Source: Folioceros fuciformis (Eukaryota). Taken from it: DNA of 64,000 nucleotides. Both the position numbers and the translations under genes were made by a program. This document shows, piece by piece, positions 19,966 to 32,000 of the stretch. The stretch is from contig JBNGIO010006316.1 in the NCBI GenBank assembly GCA_049999805.1, positions 486,040-550,039 of the forward strand, read 5' to 3'. Every line of letters begins with the position of its first letter. The stretch's first letter is position 1. Below the pieces are notes generated by a model. The model was not told where the DNA came from. It was given only the letters and a program-made list of their open reading frames with translations, and searched no databases.

Positions 19966-21600
19966 TCATCTGACATTACATCGGCGAAGTAGATATTCGG
20001 GCAATGTTTCCAACTCGTCTTCGCCTTCAAGTTCCGAGCTCGCCTGGCCTCCTGCTCTACGTCCCTCATCTGCTGTTACACCGCCTCCAATGCCTCCTCC
20101 TCCTCCCTTCTTTGCTGCTATTCTATGATTCACAGTTCCGACATGGATGCCGAAGCCGGCTGATTGATGGAAGGAACCGGCAAGGGAGAGGGAGGAGCCG
20201 GAGCTGGAGCCGGGATGAGGAAGAGAGCTTCTTGCATCTTCCGTGTCGTCAGGATCGTGTGGAAATCCCTCACGCTCCTTTGAATCTTGAGAGAAAGCTG
20301 ACGGTGATAAGTCGTCAGGCAGGAGAGTTTCGTCACAACGAAGGTCCTCGAGTGCGGTCGTGTCCCGTTCTGCCTCAGAAATGAGGCCGGGCTGAGTAAT
20401 ATGTCTTTGCGGTCTCGCTGTTGCATCTTCGGCGTGGTCTGGGTCATGTGCCAAGCCCTCAGGAGTACTGGAAGATGGTAAGCTCCTCCCAGCGTCGTGT
20501 ATAGGAGCGTCCTCACTGCGCTCGAAGATGTCGTCTATCCCCTGGTTTGGCTGCTCGTCTCCCCATCCCATGGCGTCGTCCCAGTTGTAGTCCACATCAT
20601 AGTCGTCGCCACCCGGGTTGGTTGCGGATTGTCTTGCCCTCACTATGGAAGCATGTGAGAGTTCCGTCGGAACGGCGTGTCCAGGTGGAGAATCTCCTTT
20701 CCTCTGGATCAGGTTGGGATTCGGGTCGGGAGGTGCCATTGCTGCATGCGACACCCGCCTTCCCCGAGTCTCGAGCCGACGGTCGATGGACAACTCTTCT
20801 CCATGGATTCCAGAGTCGGAACGTGTCGTTTCTGCATGCGTCAACAGCCTTCCCCATGCCACGACCCGACTGTCGATTGGCATCAGTTCTTCATGAGCCT
20901 CTGGACCTTCCCCAGCCTGGGGCAGAGGGTCGAGTACCACCAACGCTGCAGGAGCCTCCGGATCGTTCCTTGTCTGGACTATGTCTCTACCGGTCCGGAG
21001 TATGTCTCGTATTTCCCGAATTCGTCTCACTGGACGTCTGCTCCTTTCACCCGTCCTCACCCTTGCTGTTCGTGCGTGCTCTTTCGTAGTTTTTTTCACC
21101 ATCTGTCCCTTCTCTCCTTTCGGTCCTTGCTGCCTGTGTCCTTGCCTCGTTTCCGACGCTATTGCCTTCCAGTCTGTTGCGATAACTGGATCATCTGTCC
21201 CCAGATGCACGAACGCTCAACGTACTNNNNNNNNNNNNNNNNNNNNNNNNNNNNNNNNNNNNNNNNNNNNNNNNNNNNNNNNNNNNNNNNNNNNNNNNNN
21301 NNNNNNNNNNNNNNNNNNNNNNNNNNACCCCCCTCCCCCCCCCCCCCCTTTCTCTCCTCCCATCTTTTCCTCTTCTCTGTTCCGCTTCTCCTCCTCTGCA
21401 AGCTTTTCATTTTCTACCCATGGGTTCGCCTTCTCCCATGAGTTGCTTTTCCGCCCACGCTTTCCTTTTCTCCGCATGCGGTCCTCTTCTCCGTACGCGT
21501 TCTTCCTCTCCCCATCCGATACCCTTCCCCCCAACTGTTCCTCTTCTCCCAAACTGTTCCTCTTCTCCCCATCTATTTCTCCTCCCCTTCGATTCCTCAT
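19966..21600 (-). CDS. Orphan low-complexity charged protein, interrupted by an assembly gap
   Basis: A 414-codon stop-free frame (19966-21210) plus an upstream E/R/G-rich frame from ATG 21600, with internal peptide repeats. No family recognised and the join across the gap is unverifiable. Confidence 0.45.
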
Positions 21601-21827
21601 CTCCCTCTCTGCTCCTCTTCTCCCTCTCTGCTGCTCCTCTTGTCCCCTACTGTCCCTCTTCTCCCCATCTGGCCCTCTCTGGTCCTCTTCCGGAGATCTT
21701 CACCTCGTCAGTCTTCGTAATCTCCCTCTTCCTCCTCCTTCCCATTCTGCTTCCATTTGAAGAACAGTTTCTTTGGACTGTCGTACATTGAAAAGGGAGG
21801 AGATACAGCATCGGGTCAGGAATGTGA

Positions 21828-24800
21828 CTACGAAAAAACGTTGAGTCTCCCGTCCTCATTGCCGATCAACAGGTAATGAGAGTATGGAAGGACTTGCATG
21901 GCCGCCACCTTCCCTCGAGACCAACCAGACGAATGTGCAGCCCAACTCAGCGCCTTGACCTGGATTGGTGTGTGCAGCACTCCAGGTCCCTACACCAACG
22001 TCCAAAACAAGTGTGCGTCAAGCGGGAGACCTCGTAAGTGATGCGCATGGGATGCCTGACCGTTTTCTTACGTGATACTTCGTTATCGGTGATACTCCTA
22101 TCTTGTTTCCAGACGCCGAGAGGAGATCGTCTCCTCGGAGTGCAAAGCTCGTGACACCTTCCGTGTGCCCGGAGGAGATTTGAACCTGACATGGAACACT
22201 GCTGCAAAACAAAAACCCACTTGGATCATTTGGGCGCTCACAGAGAATCCTGGAAGAATGGCGGCCGGCAACTGTAATCTACCTTCTTCGAAGGTCCCAA
22301 AATGAGATTGTTCTGTCCATCGAGCTTGACAGCAGATAATTCCCATCGACGGCTTGTAGCTGTACTTGCCAGCTAGCAAAGCCAAGGTCAGGCTATTTCT
22401 GAAGAATCACAAAGCTCACTAAGTCAGAACAAGGACAGCCTGTTGCCCACTCTACCTTCGTGATGACGCCGTCATGAGCCCGCCAGTTAGCCAACATGCT
22501 ACCACATCTGTGGTCCAGCAACCTACAGTTCCCTATGCTGTCAGCGACAGCTATCCAGGATGGCGCATCAGGACTCCTCGTGTTGAATGAAGAGTTCTGC
22601 ACACCAGACGAGGCAATGCTACACACGGGGGCCACAGGGGATTCAAGTGAAAGGCATCTCCAAGAAAATAGAAGTTGGCCCACGGTGAGATCTATGAACC
22701 TGCAGGACAAAGGAGATCACAATGTGTGATGACACCATAGATGGGAATATTCACGTTAGAGTTAAGGTGAGCAATTGGTCTGGCAATAACTCACCTCACC
22801 AACCCTTCTGCTGTGCCCGTCAACATCCTTGCTTCAGCTGGCATGTAGTGCATGCTAGTATACAAGCCAGCTACGTGGTTAGTGAGTGAGCTCGGCAAGC
22901 TACCTCCTTTTCCTACCATCCTCGTGTCTGGTAAGCTGTTCTCCACACCTGGAGATGAACCTGCAGACTCACTCACACAGAAGATGAGCTCGGCGGTATG
23001 CTTGTCCCATATTCGAAGTGACCCATCGCAGGAGGCAATCCTGTCGCTTCCTCTTAAGAAGCAAACATCATGTAAAGCCTGAAAACAGAATGGCAGCCTT
23101 TATCAGCTCCATCTCGAATACTATCTCTGGAAGGGCAAGGTTGCAAGGTTGCGTTGGGCATACCTCGTCGTGACTGCCATACTCTAGCACACACTCTGAT
23201 GTAGCAAGTTTCCATTGCCGGACAATTGCTGCACCTTTAGTTCCTTTACCCGCAGTAAGCAATGTGCTCTCGTCATCAGCGACATCTATGGCTCGCATTA
23301 CTCCACTATGAGCTTGCCAAGAGTGTACCGCCACCACATTCAACTCCCAGAAGTGTTTGTCAGGAGAAAAAATCCCACGCCCTGTGCCCGCTTTTCTAAG
23401 CACCTCTGCAACTTTCGACCCATCCTCGTGGCTAGGCACCCAGAACCACGGTTCCTTGTCATGTGACACTACTTCACCTGTCCTGATTGTCCTCTCCGTG
23501 TGCCTTGGAGCCTTCCCTGCTATTGATTGTGGTATGGACCAGCCTACTCCATCAAGTAGGAGGTTGGCTGGGTCTGAATAAGGAGAGAAGTGCTTTGCTG
23601 GTGGCCAAGAGGCAGGTCTCCTTGTTTGCACGATTTCGCCCCCAAACTACATGGTACAAAAACATGAATGCTATGCATTAAGCCTGTGAGAAGAAAAATT
23701 GAAAAAGAAGCCACAGAAGATTTTCTTGTCTCATCTACCCCCTCAGTACCTGCCAATTGAAGTTTGTAAGCAAAGCTTGCTCTATTACTGCCCAACTTGG
23801 AAGATTTTCCCTGAGCCGCTCTATTCCCACTCTCGATGCTAACACTGGGTACAATATATGCCTGCCACCAGCAAGAATCTTGTCAGGTATCGTGACATGA
23901 AAGATCTTGGAAGGTCAGGCAATGAACCGTAACACTTACAGGACAGATGGGCTGACATCTTCTCGAAAACTGGATTCCATCACTGTGGATTCAACAAGCG
24001 AACCACGCTGTTCCACACGATCTCTGGCCATACTGGCAGTCTTGATCGGGACCACTTCAAAAACCTTCCGGAGATGGGGTAACACGTACAGCACTGTCGC
24101 ATCTGGTCCAGCATGCTCACAAATGGCTAGCAATGCCTTGGCAGCGCACTGCAATAGAGACAGACAAAACATCTTCAAACGAGTTCTCTGGCTTACAGGA
24201 CGCTGAGCAGTGATCAAGCTCGTCTAGTTGACTCTGGAATACAAAATATACCTGAGCCAAATTCGTATCACCGTGAAGAACTTGTACATAAATACTGGAC
24301 AGATCCTGTTGGCAATACACCCAAGGCATTGAGAATAGTCGAGACAGTATTTCGAGGTTGCAGCTGCACGTACAAATTGTATGAAGGCGTATCCAAACAC
24401 AGGCCCTACTCTCAAAAACTTGGCAATCAATGTAGCTGGTGATAGTAAGACTATCAGGCGATCCACAGCGGAGATCGCATGGAGCACTGCTGATGGTCCC
24501 CAGATTTGAGATTGTCCATGTCCTTCCTTCATAGTCGACTGTGCTGAAGTTGAAACGAGTGCCAGAAAGGGTGGAAGTAAATGTTTTACAACAGCCTGCT
24601 CCCCAAGGCGCTTTCCTAGGACATACAAGAGGCGTCCCATGAGTGAGCTACTTGGCTGCAGGGTTTGAATGTCGAATTCGAGGCAGTACCATGCAGTTGA
24701 AGAATTAGAAGAGGTCCTCACCAATCCCAACTAACACCTCAATTCCTTCCGTTGTTACATCCCGCCCAAAGCATTGCAAAAGTGGCCATACAGTCTACAA

Positions 24801-27800
24801 AATAGAGTACATTACCCTGTTACCTCAGTTCTCAATCCTGTTGCTTAACAGTCAACAGCCAGGTATCACGCCTGCTGTTGTTCTCCAAATGGCCGAAACG
24901 TTTAGGCATGCAGAGAAGCATTCCCAAAGTGAAGGCAACACACGAACATGATACAGCTGTCACAGTATGCAAACTCAAACTGACGAACGGAAGTGCTGTT
25001 ACCTGATGTATGGTGATAGGAACTCCCAGTTCCTGACACATACTTATAAGTACCGTAGAAGCAGCAGCAGCTGCAGCAGGGGAGCCTCTCTCTGCAGAGT
25101 GCTGTAGATTTGTCATTATGGCACAGTGAATATAGTTTAGATATGACTGACTGCCAACAGTCTTCCTCAATTCTCGGACAAACGGAGGTTGTAGCAACGC
25201 AACTTTCAACTCCAAAGAATCTTGACTCTGCAAACGTGTACAGTATGTCCAACGGTGAAGTCTGCAGACATGGAAAGCTTGATTCACCATTCACTACCCG
25301 TCCAAAATAAGAATATCAGAAGCAATCTCACCAGCAAGAGCTGTCGTATAGCTGGTAGAAGTAGCTCAACTGATGTACAGAGTTTCAGAGCTCTAAGAAG
25401 TGAGGTGAGGACAGTCACAACTTTCATCGCATCTATGTTTGTTGCTGGTGGGCTGAGAACAAACAGGACTGGAGAAGCCAACAGCTCCACAGCACGTGGG
25501 CCTACCAGTTGGAACACCTCAGCTTCTGCCAGTTTCGTGGCATGCTCCAGGTACCCACTTTGAGTATCCAACACTTGGAAGGAAGACAAAACGCTGTGCG
25601 CTGATTGGATCGCAGAAGGAAAGAAGGAGGATCTTAATAGCCTGGCTGCAGTGGGTCGCCTGCACACACAACAATATACAGCTGATGCATGAGTATACAG
25701 CAGCGCAATGCTGTTCTCGGCTAGACAAGTCTCTCCTGGAGAGCCACCGTCAAGAACTGGTGGCATATAAACAGAGCAACAAAATCAAAAAGTGAAATGA
25801 GACACCATACACAGCACACTTGGAGGGCCAGCGTTAGACAAATAACAAACCCAGAAGAATCGGGATTAATTGCTGCTCTGACTAGGTGCTGTACATGTAG
25901 AGGTAGCTGCTCCACCAGCTCCGGAATAACACCTCTTTCCGCATATGCCGCAGCTGAAACCGAGTTAAAAAGGGGTGTATGCAGATAAATCTCTGCTATT
26001 ATACAGCCTGCTGCGAAAATGTCATCACTGAAGGCTTGAGGGGAACAAGTCGCAGAAGTGTCAGCAAAGAATGTTGCATCCTCATAGGTCCTCGCATTGC
26101 AGCCTGCAACGTCAAGGTTTCTAGCACCATTCATGAAAGAAGGATCTTCAATAAGACCAGAGTTATCTTCGTTCCATTCTTGCTGGGCCGTATTGTAGTC
26201 TAAGACGGATTCTACGAAGTCCAGACTACATTTGTAATCAGAAGGCATTGGACGTTCTGCATTCACAGCTGGGGGCTTATAAAGAGGTGACAAGTGCCGG
26301 TGCGCTTCACGGAATGCAACGGCACACTCGACCTCTTCCAATGGTGAAACAAACCTGGAGAGGTGGCTATTCACAAGTTCACTGCTGATACCGCCCATAT
26401 CATTACCAGACGTTTGAGGATGCTCTGTACACTGAGTTCTATCCAAGGTTTTCACAATGGGAGAGCTTTCTTCACGGAGGCACATTTTGGCGGCAGATTT
26501 CGAGGTGATGGGCTGAGATCCCAGTTGTCCTGCATGCTGCTGGCGAGCTGGATGAGGGCTAGAGAAGACCTGACGGCGCCCACATGCTCTTGGGATCATA
26601 GGGTCAGTGCTGGATAGAAGTACATTCTTAGCAGCAAAAGCAGCCTCACCGGACAGCTTGTAGCCAAAAGTCAGGTCAATCCAATGGTGTAATTTGCTTG
26701 AAACATAGTTACTCTCTAGGGCAGCACGATGCAAGGAGATGAAATGCTCGGGACCCTCTGCCCAAGATGGGACAGCCAGGTCAGCCATGCCAGCATGCAA
26801 TGAAGAGAAGATATTGGGGTCACTATAGAACTCAGGAATGCACTCATCAGGTGTCCACTGATAAAGACGATTCATGCTCACTGGATACTCATTTGGTTCG
26901 TAGACAGAACGGACAGTACGTCGAAGAACACTCAACGGTAGTCTGCGAGCCTTGTAGATACAGACAGCTAATTCTGAAAGGCTCTCATCTGAGACATGAT
27001 GAGGGACATCAGAGGTCGCATAAGTGACATCCAGCTGCTCATCTCCCTTAGCCAAACGCCATTTACTCTTAGAGAGATCACGCCAACCAGGACCAGAGGA
27101 TTCATCTGGCAGGCAGCAGAAATCTATTACCCATGGCATTACAGGATGAAAACACCGGTCACCCCACTTCCTCCCAGCCACTGTGTTCACGACGAGCAGG
27201 TATTCATAGTTACTCAGATCACCTCTCCACCATCTTCCAAAAGCACTTCTCCAGTCAGATGGGCCAAGTGTGACCCCATCTTCGTAACTGGGAGCTGAGT
27301 CAGGAATAGGTCCTGACAACTGTTTGCTTATAGGTCTTGGGCATTTTGGGCTGGAAAGCCAGCACCACAGACTCTGTGTGAGCAGGATGTTTGACGGTTC
27401 AAGATTGCCATGGGGAATGCCCAAGGCATGGCAGTGTGCCAAACCTGAGAGCATGCCATACACCAGAAGGCGTATATGGTCATCCCCTCCTAAAGCACGA
27501 GGGCTGAAGTACAGCACGTCCTTCAGAGTATAACCTGCGTGAGGATAAATAATGAAGAGCACCTCCAGTCCTTTAAGAACCCCCAGCACAGGCGCGACAT
27601 TGGCATGCCTGCTTCTTCCTGGCAAGGAACTATCCTGAGAATCTCTCTGATGATTCTGAGGTTTGGAGGCCTCTGATTGGCTTTCACAAAAGCCATGGCA
27701 GTTGTAGCAGGACAACACGTTTATCAATGCAGCATAAGATGCTGGCTGAATATGTATATTTGCAGTCAAGGCGGCCAGAATGCTTGAAATCGGAGCTTCA

Positions 27801-28513
27801 ATTTCATAATCTGGTGCAAAACTGGATTCACATACAGTATCTGCTGGTTCATGTGAGCAAATCACCCCATTATCAGCATGACTAGTATAAGCCTGGCATA
27901 TCAGTGGTTGCCTCTCTCCATCTTGAACGCTGCACACGGTAAACTTGTGAGCACCCACCAACGCTGAACATGAAGTAACTGTAAAAGCAAGTCACAGGCT
28001 ATGACAGAAAAAACATGCGACAAACTCAGCACAACGGAGCTCAGACCTGGGATGCCCAAGATCTCCCTTCAAGACTTGGATCACAAACTTGATTGCCTTG
28101 ACGTGCCTGCGCATGAAGCAACGCAATTGTCCACAGAGCGCCCAAAATGGAAAAAGGCCCGAGACAGGCCTTCCAAGCATCCAAAATTCCATTCAGCTCA
28201 ATTCTAGCCTCAAATACGAGCAAAAACCTGCTTTCCCTCTCCGAACGGCATACATACCCTTCCTCTGCCAGATCATCCACCTGCACAGACCTCCGTCAGC
28301 GAAATTGCCCCAGAATACACAGAAATTCTTGTCGACCACACAGCACCAATAAGAGCTTGGAAACTGGCTGCGATTCCTAGAACCTACCTCGCAAACGACA
28401 AACGAGCCACCGCTGGTAGGAGAGGAGAAGAGGCCATGCGAAACCAGCACGCGTGATGAGAAGCTGTGCTGAATATGATTCTCTATAGTCGCGAGTGATT
28501 GAGCTTGGCCCAT
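21828..28513 (-). CDS. GFS12: BEACH-domain / WD40 protein with pseudokinase segments (GFS12/BchD, WDR81-like)
   Basis: BEACH motifs WWRGDLSNYEYLL, HPVMPWVIDF, RDLSKSKWRLAKGDEQLD, YQWTPDECIPEFY and LHHWIDLTFGYKL; WD repeats (WQAHSG, WRAHDG, GHTEGV); C-terminus VLPYSHYLLIGNEDGRLNVFS* at 21828. ATG 28513 (MGQAQ...) chosen by resemblance to plant GFS12 N-termini. Confidence 0.9.
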
Positions 28514-28632
28514 CCAGCGACGCGCACCGCAGAGCAGAGCACAAAGCTCCACCGTTGCCACCCACCAACTCGTACTGCATCAGTCCTGCGTAATATTCCC
28601 TCCTAATGAATCTTGAAAAAATTAGTGACAAG

Positions 28633-28664
28633 TATAAACACGGCCACTGCCACACATTTATATA
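28633..28664. promoter_or_regulatory. Two opposed TATA-like boxes in the divergent GFS12/RECQ4 intergenic region
   Basis: TATAAA on + at 28633-28638 and TATATAAA on - at 28657-28664, inside a short AT-rich patch. Confidence 0.4.
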
Positions 28665-29011
28665 ATTACAATTATAATGTCGCCTTCCCGCCTTCATCGA
28701 TGACCGACTCCTTTGAAGTGGACTCTCCGCGTTTGAACTGGACGGTGATGGTGCCGCTTGCTGCGTTCCTGTCGTGTAGGCCACACTCGCTGCACTGGGG
28801 CGGGCCCCGTCCAGCTGCTTCTGCTTCTGCCTCTGCTTCTTGAGGCATGAACATTGCAAGACCCTTGCTGTAAGCGCTGGCTCCAGATTCAGCTTCCAAG
28901 TGCTTTCCGGCTGACTCTAATGGTTTTACACATCTCAGGATGGTCCTGGCCTTTCTTTCTCTCCTTTTTTCTGTCGCGTTCAAGGCAGTCCTGGCATTGT
29001 CGAATCTGGCA

Positions 29012-32000
29012 ATGTGCAGGAAGGCACCGCTCCACACGGGTTCCGACCACAGGACAGGTTTGCCAGAAAACAACTGGGCGGAGAATTGCCAAAGGCTGCA
29101 GGACCAGGAAAATCACAACAGGTCTCTGAGCTCAGGTTTCCTGTTTTCTCTCTCTGGCCAGAATCAAAATGCCGCTGGAGATTCCTCAAATCCACCAAGG
29201 TTCGTTCCTACTCCTCTAATCTACCGAGGTCCATTCACCCTTGCATTTTGCTCCACGGCTTGCCGTCTTTCTTCACTTTGTCGCGCGGCTGTCTGCAGGA
29301 CAATGGCGTGTGCCATTGTCAATCTGGATCCGCAGCTCAGTGAGAGAGTTTCAAAGGTCGGTCGGCTCGTCCCGTATCACACCGCTTTGAATGGTATTGG
29401 TGCAACTCCCCTCACTATCTGCTTTGTCTACTGGCAGTCGTGGAGCGGGCTGTCTGAGGCGTCGAGGCGCTCTAAAGAGTATTTACGGCCAGGAGTTAGT
29501 GCCCCAGTTGCAAAGCGTCCTCCCTCTGCGCAGCAAACACGCTCCAATGGTCCCGCATCACATCAGATTGGAGGAGCCAGGTACGGTGACAACGGAGGTG
29601 AGGAGCAGAGAGTAACTGACCCGCCACCAGTGTTTCACCAGCATCGACCGGAGCATCCACCTGTTCACAATTGGGCTCACAACAGAAGCCAGGGTTTGGA
29701 AGATCGGCAGACGGTACGACAAGTGTCTGGGTCAGCCGTTTGCTGCACTGCTGCAGTAGGTGGACCTGTAAGCACAGCGGGCGAGGAACAATCAAACCAG
29801 GCTCGGGGATTTGATGGCAATCGTGAGTCCGACAACCATCATGGTGGAAGTCAATCAAGCTGTGTTCTGTCGTTTGAGGACGATGATGAGTTTTTTGAGG
29901 TACTTGCTGCAAAACCTTGTGTTCTGCCGCACTAGAGTCTGGGAGATCTTCTTGCTGCTGAAGACTCGAATGCTGCATACTGACGTGGAGAGCTACACTT
30001 CTACAGAGCATTGACATTGAGCAGATCGTTTCTGAACACTATGAAAGAGGCTCCATCGAAGCAACTCAAAGAGCAGGGTGTCTACCACGGCCGAACGAAA
30101 CCACAACTTTATCTGGAAGTACGACTATTCCATCTACTGGCAGGCCTTCTGTGTCAGCACGTGTTTGCACGCACGGAGTTGAGGTTCGTCCTTTTGCTGG
30201 TCTTTCTTTCATGAGGCTGAAGTATGAACTCCTGATAGTGTACTCCAGGGGAAACGAGTGTAAGGAAGAGCTTATCTTTGCGTCCTGGAGGCTTCAAACT
30301 CTTCTGTTGATCAAGTATTTCATAGCAAAAGCATGGCGCAGTGCATTAACATCCCCTAATCTGCACTTTAGGCTAATAACTGCACAGAAGCTGCTCAACA
30401 CTTGCAAGACATGAAGGACAGACTTATCAGAGTGTCCAATGAGCTTCTTGATGCTGTGGAGTTAAATCCCACTCGCTCTGAAGAGCTCCGCCTTGAAAGG
30501 TATTCATGAGTGTTGACCTGCATGATCGGTGCTCTTCAGGAATCATACCATGCGCTGTGAGTTATGAATGGGCTTCTTCCCTTGTACTGTTCGGTCAAAT
30601 GTTGATGCAGACTTGCTCAATTTCTGCTAGGCTGATGCTGAATAGAGACATTCAAGCTATGGAGCAGCATATTCAACTGCCAAATGTGGCGAGAAGTTCC
30701 CCCATTTCCAATGCTCCAGATGTTTCCCGTCAAGCACCTGAGTGTTGGAGTACACCTCATTCTATGTCCAAAACTGGCATGAGAGAACCCAACGGATCCA
30801 CCGTTTCAAGCGGACTATATTCTGTTGCCAATGCAGAGAGGATGCTGGGTTCAAGCTGCCAGAGCTTTCCACCTCCAACTTATGAGCACAGCAGGATACC
30901 GCAAACACCTCCTCAGTATGGACCTGCTTGTGTGAACCAAGGTGGTCCAGTACTTGGAGACAGGCGATCAGCTTACTCTGGGGAAGTGAACTATGTTGAT
31001 GGATCGGCGGATAAGAGGTGGAGTGCCAAATTTCCCTGGAGTCGAGAGCTTGAGGTATGTCGCATTATTGGTGCAGACATTCAATGCGGTCACCCATCCC
31101 GGGTATGTCCACAACTTTATAATATTTCATGGTTCGCAGCTCAACAACAGAAAATATTTCGGAAACAAATCCTTTCGACCAAATCAGCGTGAAATTATGA
31201 ATGCAAGCATGAGTGGCCACGATGTATTTGTGCTGATGCCAACTGGTGGTGGAAAGAGTCTCACGTATCAGGTACATTGGTATCATGTGATACTGACTTT
31301 TGTGCATCTCAGTTAATGGGCTTTGAACATCCTTCTTGAAACGGCAGTCCTCCTGTTGTACGTTGAATGGGACCATGACTGTTGCTTTGCTTCTGCAGCT
31401 ACCTGCTGTGTGTGAACCTGGTATCACTCTGGTTGTGTGCCCTCTAGTATCTCTCATCATGGACCAGATAATGCACCTATCTCAGGTAAGCAACAGATTG
31501 AGTTGTCTTTCTCTATGGCTGTGAGGCTGTAGTTACGTCCCACAGTGGAACGGATCTTGTCCATGTTATCAGGCGAACATTCCCGCGGCGTGCCTAAGTG
31601 CCATGGAGTGGAATGAGCAGCAACAGATCCTTTTCGAGCTAAGCTCGACCATTTGCAAGTACAAACTGCTGTACGTAACTCCAGAGAAGATAGCCAGGTA
31701 AGCCTTGCAGCAAGCCCGAGATAACAGAAAAGAGCTAGTTTGATGTGTGGGGTAACTGAAGTTTCGTTCTCTCTGCAGGAGTGACAATCTTTCTCGTCAC
31801 CTTGAGAGCCTGCACCGACGAGAGATGCTTTCCCGAATAGTAGTGGATGAAGCACACTGTATTAGCCAGTGGGGTCATGATTTCCGGCCTGATTACCAGG
31901 TAAAGGACATATCTTCATATCTCCTCTTTCGGTAGGCACGTATTTTCTTGCTTGTGTCGTGCAGAAAGTTTGCAGTTTTGTGTAAGGATGTGAGCTTCCG

